A DNA stretch of 64,000 nt, from the NCBI GenBank assembly GCA_030704615.1, contig CM060732.1, positions 62,248,001 through 62,312,000 of the forward strand, written 5' to 3'. The notes beneath the pieces were generated by a model. That model was not told where the DNA came from, made no database searches, and saw only the letters and a list, made by a program, of their open reading frames with translations. Below, piece after piece: positions 50,608 to 62,297 of this stretch. This DNA is from Takakia lepidozioides (lineage: Eukaryota; Plantae; Bryophyta). The number at the start of each line of letters is the position of its first letter. The stretch's first letter is position 1. Position numbers and translations under genes: made by a program.

Positions 50608-51689
50608 CTATTGATGATATTTCGAATCAAATGAAAGCTTATCATCCACTTTGAAGTCAATCTATCATAGGTCAGCTGAGTCACTTGGATTTAAAGGTTT
50701 CGTGCTAACTATCCTAACGCAAACACTGACAACTAGATGCTATACTTTTGATTTCATCCAGCTCTAGACACATTTCTCTTTAAATGTTTGTGCTTAACCT
50801 GGGTTTCATGTAGGTCATCGGACCCAGGTCCGAAACACACCATTCTTAGTGATGAACTAAAAAAATTCATTGCACGGACTCTATGTCGGCACAACTACTC
50901 TAGTGGATTATAGCTATTTTGGTTACATGATCCGTTACACTTCTCAAGGCTGATTGTTTCGTCCCATGGTCCACAATCTATTCTCGTTTAATGAGCCTGA
51001 TCGTTCCTAGGTTTAGTGACAGTACCTTACAGCACTCTGGGCACTGATATGATTATTCAGGTCATCGGACCCGGGTCTAAAACCTAGCAATGTTTAGAGA
51101 CAATTCAGCGTTCGTGTTATTCTTACCATCTATTGATACACATGACACAACTTCTATGTTTCCAACGAACATTTTACCCCGTCAGGCTTATTTCTTTGGA
51201 ACTCAGTCCAGACTCAATGACATGTTAGTATAACAATACTACCTACAATTTGGGGCTTCTTGGACACACGGATGTGGTCAATCTGTTTGTCGGATCTGGT
51301 TCCAAATCCGACTTTCTTGTTTCATCGGATTTTGGGATCCGGATCCCAGACCCACTTCCACCGTTCCTATCTACCATGTTGTTGGACCCTAGTACGACAC
51401 CATTATATTTGATGGATTAGGCGTTCGGACCCAGGTTCGAAACCCAGTACCATCATTCTTAATTTTTTCCACGTACCAAGTCTTTTGATCCTTTCCGAAG
51501 GACCGAACCCCACCATCGAACAAACCACTATCACACTGCGGCTTACAAGAGACTTTACGACCTCACACTAGCCCCCCTAGAACTTGTATTACCTAGGATT
51601 CTTGATCGGTGTTGTTGGTCTCGGACCCATGGCCTCTATAGGTTTTTTTTTAGACCACATTTGCACTCTCAGGACATGGATGCATAGAG

Positions 51690-52505
51690 ACATTATCAGG
51701 ATTGTGGGCTCCGATAACCACATGTTAAGCGAGGCACTACTATATTGTCCTTTTTTGTTAGGATTTTTTTAGCACACACAGACACTGTTTGAGCATGGAT
51801 GTTTGGATACTTAATCAGGATTGTCAGTTTCGGACCAGGGTCTGAAACACACTTCCTGGTAGAGGCACTTTTAAACCTCGCCTCTATATGGTCAATATGA
51901 GCTCCTACTAGTACTCTGAGAAGATAGACACCTGAATGTATGACCAAGATTGTGTGTTTCAGACCTAGGTCCGAAACCCACCTTTCGTAGCTTGACACTC
52001 TTAAACTGTTGCCTCTATTAGGTTTTTGTGAGCTACACAGACACTCTAAGAACATGGATACACATAGACATGACCAAGACCGTGAGTTTCGGACCCAAGT
52101 GCGAAATCCACCATCCTAAGCAAGGTACTAATACACAGTGGCCTCTATTATGTATATGTGAGCTTATATTGATATTCTGAGAACATTGACACATGTTCCC
52201 TTCTCAGATGATGCTTGGTTTCGGACCTGGCTCCGAAACCCAACATCGTGAGAGGTGTACTGTTATACCGTGGCCTCTATTAGGTCTTTATGAGCTTACA
52301 TTGGTATGTTGAGAACATGAATACATAGGGGACATGGATACATGATCCATACATACATGGATACATGAAGCATGCATACTTGAAACATAGATACATGAGA
52401 CATAGATACATAGCACATTAATACATAAAATATGGATACATAATACATAAATACATTAGACATGGATACATGGAACATGGGTACATTAGACATGGATACA
52501 TTGCT
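51690..52505. repeat. ~130-bp tandem units with element-C palindromes, followed by a (CATGGATA)-like microsatellite
   Basis: Palindromes at ~51828, 51957, 52087, 52219; microsatellite at ~52310-52505. Confidence 0.8.
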
Positions 52506-53586
52506 CATGGGTGCTAATATTTGGTCTTAGGACGGACCTAGGTCCAAAAATGCAGTCGACCCTTGTTCTTTTTTCATCCTACAGTCTTGTTCGAAGTGTC
52601 CTAGTAACTTACGAAAGGTGCATCTGATTCCACAATTATTTGTCCAATCGGGTGATTGCGAAGTTCAGACTTGTCGTCCGAAATGGACTGATCGGACATG
52701 GCTTGTATGATCTGTTGCTTCTTTTTCTACATCTACCCAAGTATTACGATCATGAACAAGAATCCATGTTTTAGCGTAAGTTCCTCCACCCGTGTGCACG
52801 ATATGGATCGCTATATCTCCCGGTGTACAGTAAAGAGACGGTGGATTCAAACCTGCAAGTGAGATGCGACCAAAACTCTCTATACGTAAGACCAAATCAC
52901 AAATGTCTGGTCCATGTGTAGTATAGTTAGAGTTGTGCATCCATTGTGTCACTAAATCGGCAGCCTTTTGGTCTGCCAACTTGAACTTGAATGGCCGCGA
53001 TCAGCAACTCTGATACCAAAAACAGGGGCCCTGTTTCACACCCACCGGGATAGATCTAACATTTCCTCTTGATCAGACAACCCGTCAGCCCAGTTTCGAG
53101 GGTGTGTACTTTGCATGAGCGGTGAGCATGAGCATGAGCAGAGCAATTTTTAGGGAATATTCCTAGAATTTAGCCCTTCCCGGCCTAATTTTGACTGTTT
53201 TTCATGTCGAAAAGTGCGCTCGGGTGCTGCATCATAATGTGGCCTAGAAGTTTGCCCTCGGTTCGGAAAAAGCAAGTTTGGCAGTTGCCGAACCTGCATA
53301 GTCGGGAACGATTACAGGCATAGGAGGAGAATAAGGCCGCGGGAATAGAGCAGCGAAAATAGGACCGCGGGAATAAGACCGTTTGTAATTTTTTTTTTAA
53401 ATTGAACATAAGTAAGATCTGAAAGACAGCGATTCCTAGTGTTTTGGGCCGGCTAGGTTCTGTCATTCACGGCGCTGATTATGCGCTGATTATGCGCTAG
53501 TTAAGGTAAGTCTGCAACGATTACAAGCACAGTATTGACAGCTCAAAATCAAGTTTGTTGTTAGCCATTTTGTCTGTTTAGCTAAG

Positions 53587-54162
53587 ATGGACGCTGCCAG
53601 TGTGGATGCAGGCGGTAGCAGCCGTGCTATGGAGGGCGACGGGGAGGACAAGCCTGCTGCCAATGTGGATGCAAGCAGCAGCAGCCGTGCTGTGGAGGGC
53701 GACGGGGATGACAAGCCTACTTCCGAATCGTGGTGGACTCCTTATCTCGACGATATCGACGAGTGCGTTGTCAGGCAGGAATATGAGGCTTTGTTGCTTA
53801 TGCAGTCGCAAAATGAGAACGTTCCAGCTGAATAGGAATGTAGCACTGATTCAGAGGAGTCAGACGAAAACGTGGGGATGGAGGATGAGGAAGGAGGTGA
53901 CGATGAAGAGATGGAGGTTAATGAAGAAGAGGATTTGCACTGGATTGGTGTTTCCATGGACATTGTTGAAGAGTCGGCTCCGGAGTCTGTTGTGCCGGCG
54001 GAAACAAGGGCATTGGAACCATGCACAATTTGCCTGGAGACACCAGTAGCTGGAGAGTCCGTATGCATACTGAGTGAGTGCTTCCATTCATTCCGCACTC
54101 CATACTTTGACATATGGGTGCAGCTCAACGGGTCATGCCATCTCTGCCGGCGTCGGATCTGA
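53587..54162 (+). pseudogene. Degenerate RING-H2 (ATL-like) gene with one in-frame TAG at 53833
   Basis: CTICLE..CFHSFRTPYFDIW..SCHLCR with two Zn ligands lost; acidic linker; 60-bp tandem duplication at the 5' end. Confidence 0.7.
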
Positions 54163-56526
54163 GACCATATAGATAGGCCAGACAGAAAAAACACCATTTT
54201 AATTAAATCTGGACTTTTCGCTTAAATCCGGACCAAACTTGATATACGACAAAATTGAATTAAATTAAATTAATCAATAAATAATGTTTAAAAACAAATA
54301 TATCTAATCATATATAATCATTTAACTTAGAAACAAAATCAAATGGCTTAAAAAATTAGTGTCGATGACAAAAAATTATTCACATGTCGATAGGAACTAT
54401 CAATCAAATATCCCAATCAATCTATTGTATCCAAAAGCAAGAATTTTTTTTCTTCAATGACCTTCAAACATGGATATAAGCTACTACTGATATGATTTAT
54501 GATAAACATATTTAATGTCAATGAAAAATATATATACAAGTTTGTATTTAACCTATAAATACTTTCAATCAATATCCCAACCAATCTATTGTACTACCCA
54601 AAGTTATATCCTACATCTAAGCTGAAAACTAAATTTAATTGATACGCTTGAAACATTTGGATTATGTTTTAGGATATACTACCCTCGTTTAGGTCTTCAA
54701 AAGCTACTGAAAAACAGATTTGGGATAGAGAGGATCTCAACTGTGACTCTAATATACTCTATTCTACCCCAAAGCTCGAGAAAACAAATTTGAATGAGCT
54801 TCAAACATTTAGAACGTGGCTTTTGGGGTAAAAGGGTTTAGGGTACTAAGCAAAAAATCCACAAGAACTAAAATTTATGGAAGAGTGTTTAGGACCTATA
54901 GAATCATTCAATTAAATGTCACAACTATGATTGTATCATATGCCAGTGCTAGAAGCTGTTTTTTGTAATGAGCTTCAAACATGGATATGAGCATTTTGGG
55001 GTATACTATCCTAGTAATGGACAAAGTTCTTGCTACAACAAACTTACCAACCTTGCTTTTTTACGGCCATATTCGTTTGGAATCCAATAAACATGGCTAG
55101 CTAGCAGCAGTCATCAGACAGATTGATACTAGATTCAATATACCAAAAGCTTCAACACCGTGAGACATCTTTCCAAATACTCAAATTTGTTAGAGTATTA
55201 ATCGACACCAGAAGACAAATCGATGATATTGTTTGTGTGCTCTGTCTTCTTGTAACTATTCGTGACATGTCGATAGGAACTATTATTCAAATATCCCAAT
55301 CAATCTACTTTATCCCAAAGCAAGAAATTTTGGTTTTTTTCAATGAGCTTCAAACATGGATATGAGCTTCTACGGTATAGGGTTTATGATAAGCATAAAT
55401 GTCAATGAAAAAAAAATGAAAGTGCGTATAGAACCTATAAAAACTTTCAATCAAACATCCTAACCAATCTATTGTACTACCCCAAAGTTTTAAAAATTTT
55501 ACTATTAAACCTACACACAATGAGTTCCAACTAAATATGCCCACTAATAATAAGCTCTTTTGTTATGACCTCTATGAAATATAATTAACACATGAGTGTG
55601 TTATTGATAGGCATCGTCAACACCTTTAGCAACCTAACCTGTGCACATTGATATAGATTAAGCTATCAAGTTAAATTTATTGTTCCTACAATTAACTAGT
55701 TAACGCACATTTTTTGTGAGTGTATCTTGACACACATTGTCAACACCCTTAGTGCTCAATCTAGTCCACACACAATGACCACCTAAATATGCATATTAAG
55801 CTAGCAAGTTTTTATTGTTTCTGCAATTAACTAGTAAATACACATTTTTTGTGAGTGTATTCTTGACACACATTGTCAACACCCTTAGTGCTCAATCTAA
55901 TCCACACACAATCACCACCTACATATGCATAAGCTATTAAGTAAGGGTACTTATTGTCACTCTGGACCCTAGTTCGAAGTTGTGTATTCAACACACCCTT
56001 AGCAACCAAACCTACACATAATGACGACCTAATTTATATCAATAGTATGAAGCTAGTAGAGTCTTATTGTTCCTGCAATTGATCAAATGTTAATATAACA
56101 CATGACTCATCTATTCTTGACAAACATTGCCAACATATAGAAGTCTCACTCAACAAACGATATGGTATCAAATCTACACACCAAGTTTGAACAAAAAATT
56201 TAAAATCACATACTTGACCATAACACATAAATATCCATGCAAAACGTATTCACAAAGTTCCAAACAAAACAAATATATTTAGATGACGAATAATCTATTC
56301 AACTTTTGAACAATTTTTGTTATGTGTCATACTTTGTCATAACATGTAAGTGAGTATGTAGAACATACCCACAAAGTTGAACAACCAATAAAATATAAGT
56401 AGACTTGAATCTAATGTCAAAAACATTTTTTTGACAAAGTTATGAATCATACTATCCAAACCAAATTTTCAATGAGATGTTGTTGACGCAATGTCATTGT
56501 TAATATGACATCTTACATCACATTGG

Positions 56527-59500
56527 TCAATGTCTTAAGATTGATTGACATAATGACCCCAAAGAACTTGCATCCGCATCGGATTGGAGATTTGCTTCAT
56601 CGATATTAGCTTTCGCCTTCTCCGCCTCATTAACACTTATTCGCTTTGTACTTGATCTTGTGGTATTCTTTCTCGCGGGCATGGTCCAAGCAATGGTATT
56701 GACATAATCCACTGCGGAGTATCATTGGGGTTGAATTCCCAGGTCTTTGTCCAACAATCCTTGTACCTTTCCAAATCAGATGGATTTCCTCCCTTCCATG
56801 GTCTCCACCACTCAACAAAGACTTTTTTGTAATTGATATTTTTTCTATCTCGAATTACATCGGATGAGGCCCCAACCAAACCGGATACGAATGAGGATCC
56901 TCAGGACGAACAAGGACGAAAAAAAAATTTCAACGTCTTTGTACGGATTTAAGTCTTCTTTTGGACGATCACATCTTGGCCCACAATAAGGAACAACCTC
57001 CTCAGCCTCACTGTCACTTGATTCGTCAGACCAAGCATTAAATCCATCTCTCATGTGATTTTTCCGCCATTTTGTTGAGGGCCAAAATCCTTCCAAAAGA
57101 CTATTTGTAGTATTCTCGAGCTCCAGATCTAGCTCTTCCAAAATATTGCTCCAGTATTCATCGTATTTTTTCATGATAGTTCCATAATGCGCATCAATAT
57201 GCATTCCCTTTCTCCAAAAATCCATATACTTCTTAATTTCAGTTTTGATGACAGATTGCTTCTGCGCAAAGTCTTCTTTGTCTCCCCAAATTGGTGTCAT
57301 GGGAACACACTTGGGTTCACCCACCGGAAGTGAAGGGGATCCATCATCAAGAGTCTTCCACATTCTAACTGAACCTTGTTTTGGAAGCCAGTCACAATCG
57401 GTCGCAGATTTCTTGTATTGCATGATAGGCCAATTTGAGGAATGATCCATGTAGAATCGGAAAACATGCATATCTGTCGTTCCGACGAGAGCCTCTTTTC
57501 CATCAATAATATGTCCATCTACAAACTCCTTGAAGTCTGGAACTTCCTGAATGATTTATGGGATGAACTGTAAGTCTTGAGAAACCATGAAATGTTTCAT
57601 TAGATCTGAGAGCACATAAATGTTGTTCTCATTCAATTTCCTTGAAAGATAGCTGAAAAATCCATCAATATCTTCGTGCGTATGACCAACCATCAAAAAT
57701 CCCAACTGAATCTCTTCAAACACCTCTTGCTGTGAGCAAAGAAAGAAATGCCAACATCCACCTACACAATTATCCATCTGCAAATATAATCTTCGAGGTA
57801 ATGGTCGCGGTCCCTTTTGAGCTTCTGGATGTAAAGGCTTCAACACATCCACACACCTAGACTTCCCCCATTAGCTGCTCAAAAAAATCATTCTATAAAA
57901 AATAATCCTTGATTCTCTGCAAGTAGGTTTCTCAAGTTGACGGAGACATCTTGCTAAAGAACCAATAGTGAAATTTGGATCTCCCGGCCACAAATCGACT
58001 GAGTACTGAGCATATGCTCCATCTCCGTGTCCATGAGTTACCATTCCTATCAAAGAAATTGGAAGCTGACCTAATCCTGAAATCATCTTGTTTGTCGTTT
58101 GTAGACGTGGAAGAGCCATTTTCCGGTGATCCATCTTATCATGGATGATACAGAGGAATTCATTTCCCATCATAGCGGATTCATTTCTCCAACTGTGATA
58201 AAGTCTTCGACAAGATTCTTGATGCTTCAAATGCTTGTCTAAAGTCTTTTTATGGGTGAGTTGATCTTGACTTCCCTTCACAGACTTTTTAATAAGATCC
58301 TTCAACATCTCACATTCACTGCATTTTGAAAAAGTACTTCCAGACTTACGTACTTCAACATTTGAAAAAACTCGTTTCCGAATCCGGCTTATGGCTGAGC
58401 TGGAAACAGGTTCTAGACCGAGGATACTATTGGTCTGCATCCAAAATGAGAGCGAATCAATTGATGGAGTGGGATACACAACTTCGAACCTGGGTCCAAT
58501 GTGACTATAAATACCGAGCCAACACAATAATTAATTAATGCATGGTAGTCAAGTGACTCAAACAAATAGAAAATGGGTCACAGTAGTTAAGAAAGAGGAG
58601 AACTGTACAAATTACCTTATTGCACTCAACACGAACTTTCTTCCAATTCAACTTAGCGGGTAGTAGCCTCAGAGTATCTCGCCTCCCATCGCCAATGTTC
58701 CTCAATTTGTGGGGCATACAATCACTATTCCCGTTGACAATTGAAAGGATGTTTCCCTCTGCCTGAAGCATGTTTGGTCATGGCATTTTCATCCCTGAGT
58801 TCCCATGAATGGATGTAACAACACCCTATTTGCTCAACTTTTTATACTCTATGTACGTTGAACGGCCAACCCTAAAAATAGTCCACCAAGCTTTCTCGCA
58901 AATGTCGACACCTTCAATTATTATGTAGCTTCTTCTTTTGCAGCCCTCAATAACGTGAAGACGCATCGGAATGTCCAACCCAAGCTCTTTCCTAGAATCA
59001 AACGTTGCTGCCCAGAAAGCTGTCCTTAATGCAAGTGCTCTTTTCCAGTCAAACATCTGGCAACACTTAAGCCTACAGCATGGCACACTACTGATTTGTC
59101 TAACAGATTCAAGGGACAACAAGCGTTTAGATTTTCTCAAGTTATCTAGCTCGGGGTTTCTAGCAACTCTAGTGAAGAGTCTGTAGGGACCTTTTTGGAT
59201 GGATTCATCATCATCATTCATAGTATCAATGTTTGAGCGGTAATATTGCCAAGAGCCTCACTGAGAGTGATCCCATACTCCATCAACTTCGTCCGATTCA
59301 AAGGCCACTTTACTAATGACATGAGCATTCTAGAATCCCCTTCTACAACTCGCGTAATAATAACACCAACATGGTCCTCTCCCAATTTCTCATCGAGAAT
59401 AACTTCGTCAGAAAAAGATGCTTGAATTCTCCCTTCATACAGATGTTCAAATTCACCTCCAAAAAGAGAGCACATCAAATCTCTCCACTTATGTCTTCCG

Positions 59501-59919
59501 AGAAAATCTTCTGGAAATGATTCCTGATTAGCGCAAGTTAGATCCTCATCATGGTCCATGGCCACTTCAACCTCATTTGTGTCTACCTCATGCGTCTGAG
59601 AGCTCTCATAGTCTCTCACTCCAGTCTCAGATACAGAAGCATTGTCAACTTGGATCAAGTTGACATCTTGAACATCCCAACAGACTGGCGTTCCAATCGC
59701 CTCCCCTATAGTGTCCGCTCCCATGTGAGGGTATGGGAGATTGGTCTTCTCGTTTGCATTTGAACAGCTGATTACCACCACACTTATTGTTGCGGAAGTA
59801 AGCTGGAGACCATGGCATGTCCCACCTCCAGAGACATTTCGACAATCACCAAGGGCGACGGCCTCAACACCCCCGCGAAGATATAGAAACACTCTATCTC
59901 CACTTTTCAATCTAGTCAT
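56527..59919 (-). pseudogene. DUF7869-type RNase H-fold (Sola-like) transposase with N-terminal Tnp1/En/Spm-like domains; frameshifted
   Basis: CCRLKCCQ, ICEKAW, FSKCSEC, HLKHQESCRRLY, CIIHDKMD, LYLQMDNC, FLMVGHTHEDIDGFFSYLS. N-terminal VALG..CHG..LPYP..TIGEAIGTPVCW. Intron ~58614-58435. Confidence 0.7.
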
Positions 59920-59929
59920 GTTGATATGA

Positions 59930-60370
59930 GCAACTATAGTCACAAGAACTGAGGAACGATGCTTTCGGACCTGGGTCCTAAACACCATCTAGTCAGGATT
60001 TGACTTCCCAATGAGACAATCTCCGTGCCAAGTTGTGAACCCCGCCCGGGCCTCCTCATGCAGTAAACTCCTAGATTTGTAAGCAACTATAGTCACAGGA
60101 ACTGATGAACGACGATTTCGGACCTGGGTCCTAAGTATCAGCCAGTCAAGATTTGACTTCCCAATGAGACGATCTCCATGCCAAATTGCGAACCCCGCTC
60201 GGGCCTCCTCATGTGGTAAACTCTTGGATTTGTGAGCAACTATAGTCACAGGAACTGATGAACAATGCTTTCGGACCAGGTCCAATGTATCACCCAGTCA
60301 TGATTTGAATTCCCAATGAAACGTTTAACTCATAGGCAACTGATGATCTCCGTGCCAAGTTGTGAATCCC
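59930..60370. repeat. ~153-bp tandem units upstream of the transposase, one palindrome each
   Basis: AGCAACTATAGTCACA..TTTCGGACC at ~59929, 60082, 60235. Confidence 0.9.
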
Positions 60371-61394
60371 ACCTAGGCCTCCTCATTTAGAGACTCCTCG
60401 ACTGTGGACACATGGTTTGTAATTTCATCACAAGATAATATCAAGATTGAGTCAGGATATGTAACTCTCACAGACACTGATTTCGGACCCTGTTTCGAAG
60501 TCCCACCTTGTGAAGTCTAATTTAAAATAATGGAAAAAATGGATGAAAGTCAGATCATGACTTCATGAGGTTAAAGAATGTAATGGATGAAGGGATGATA
60601 ATTGGATGAATTATGACTGGATGGATGTGAAGTGAATGGATGATGTTTCTGTAATCAATGAAATGTCTGAGTCTAGATGAAGGAGATTTGAGAGAAATTT
60701 TGCAACAGTGCGACACTTCGGCCTAAGGTCTGAACCAACCTAAGCACATCAAAAAGTAGATAAAAAAAAATGGATGTTTTGGTGAAGTGTGATGAGTGCG
60801 GATATGGATAGGTGAATGATTTGGGACTTATGGTTAAGACTTTCAATGGGATAAAGATCTATTATATAGATAGAAAATGAGATGGAAAGACAATCATTGG
60901 GAAAGGCATCTCCCGAGGCGGAGATGACCAAGATGAGAAAAGATAGAGAGGGAGGAAAGAGAGAGCAAGCGAGAGGATGGAAATGACTAATGAGGTGCAA
61001 TAAGCACGAAAAGAGTGAGAATGAGGTGAAGCCTCATATTTATACATCTCAGATGCATTGTGTGCTAGGACGTGGTCATTGAAGAGAGGTGCAAACATTA
61101 CGACGGGGATCGATAGTGAAGAGAGGTGCAAACATTGGAGAGTCAAGATCGTGCGGAGATTGCAGGTGAGCTAGCTTCCCATCACATTGGAATTCGGAAC
61201 ATATGATGGAGAGGCCCTACCAAAGTCATTATGGCGGATAAGAGTGTGGGACGGAGCTAGAAGGTTAGCTAGCTATCTGAGTATCCCCCATAATGGCAAG
61301 TGCGGGGCCCTCACAAGAGCTATCCCTGCCAGCCTCATAATGGGCCAAATGGTGCGTAGCTTCAGCTCATAAATACTCCCTAGATCCGCCACCA

Positions 61395-61517
61395 ACAGCG
61401 AGTAGCTCAGTTGGATTGTGCACATTGTGTCCCCCCCACTGGTTTGGGGATCAAATCCTGCTACCATGGCCTTTGTCGTTTGATTTGTGCTTGGGATTGT
61501 AAAAAACAAAAAAAGAA
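61395..61517 (+). mobile_element. Short tRNA-derived SINE
   Basis: A box TAGCTCAGTTGG, B-box-like GGATCAAATCC, A-rich tail, 13-bp TSD AGATCCGCCACCA (61382-61394, 61518-61530). Confidence 0.85.
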
Positions 61518-61587
61518 AGATCCGCCACCATTTTGGGAGACCCACCACCATCTCTGATTGGATGGCCCACTTTCTTCTCCCAAAATC

Positions 61588-61645
61588 CTAACTAACTAAC
61601 TAATTAACTATATATATAGTATATATATATATATAAACTAACTAG

Positions 61646-61684
<39 letters not shown>
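61588..61684. repeat. (TAAC)n-(TA)n-(GTTA)n self-complementary microsatellite
   Basis: Read directly from the sequence. Confidence 0.85.
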
Positions 61685-62071
61685 CATTGATATTGGTTCC
61701 AGGTTCGAACCCACATCCCATCCTCTCCGGAGCTTTTTATTTTTATATCTTGCAAGATAAACTTGTGCCCAATTCAATATTTATAACTGGATGCAAAAAG
61801 AATGCAAAGAATATGGAGGTTCGAATATGGAGGTCTTTTCTCTTTTTGTTGTGTTGTTAGGGAGCCTTGAGCTATAAGAAAGCTCCAATCACAGCTAAAA
61901 CAAATGTTACATATATATCATTCCTTAAATGTCATATAACCCAAACAATATCTCTTTAGATCTCGCATATATATATATACATGTCATATAACCCAAACAA
62001 TACCTCTTTAGATCTCGCATATATGTACATAAAAGGAAACTTGACAGCCCACAATTTAGGTCCTTGAGGGG

Positions 62072-62297
62072 TTTTTATTTATTTAAGGAAATATGGGAGC
62101 GACAGCCCACAATTCAGGCCCTTGAGGAGGGGGAAAGATTAACCCCCTTTCATTTATGGGCCATGAGACCTACGGGACGATCAACGCCCATACATACCGT
62201 CACACGAACAATCCCACACACGGGGCAGGGCAGTGGGTTCGAACCCCGAACCACCTGAGTGACACACATTGTGCACTTACCAGCTGAGCTACCAGCC
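62072..62297 (-). mobile_element. tRNA-derived SINE
   Basis: GGCTGGTAGCTCAGCTGG (A box), GGTTCGAACCC (B box), non-tRNA body, A-rich tail; no TSD identified. Confidence 0.7.

Larger units (their letters stand above)
47936..60740 (-). mobile_element. Large DNA transposon C: DUF7869-type transposase plus ParB-like cargo; left end truncated; contains a nested insertion from ~53100
   Basis: About 20 copies of TTTCGGACC-N2-GGTCCGAAA-like palindromes from ~48405 to ~60735 tie the ORFs together. Confidence 0.55.

Noticed and set aside
53007-53018. Reverse-complement tRNA-iMet primer binding site (TGGTATCAGAG)
   Set aside because: No adjacent LTR end and no recognisable gag/pol.
61395-62297. Functional tRNA genes
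   Set aside because: A/B boxes are present but there is no convincing cloverleaf; tails and TSD indicate SINEs.
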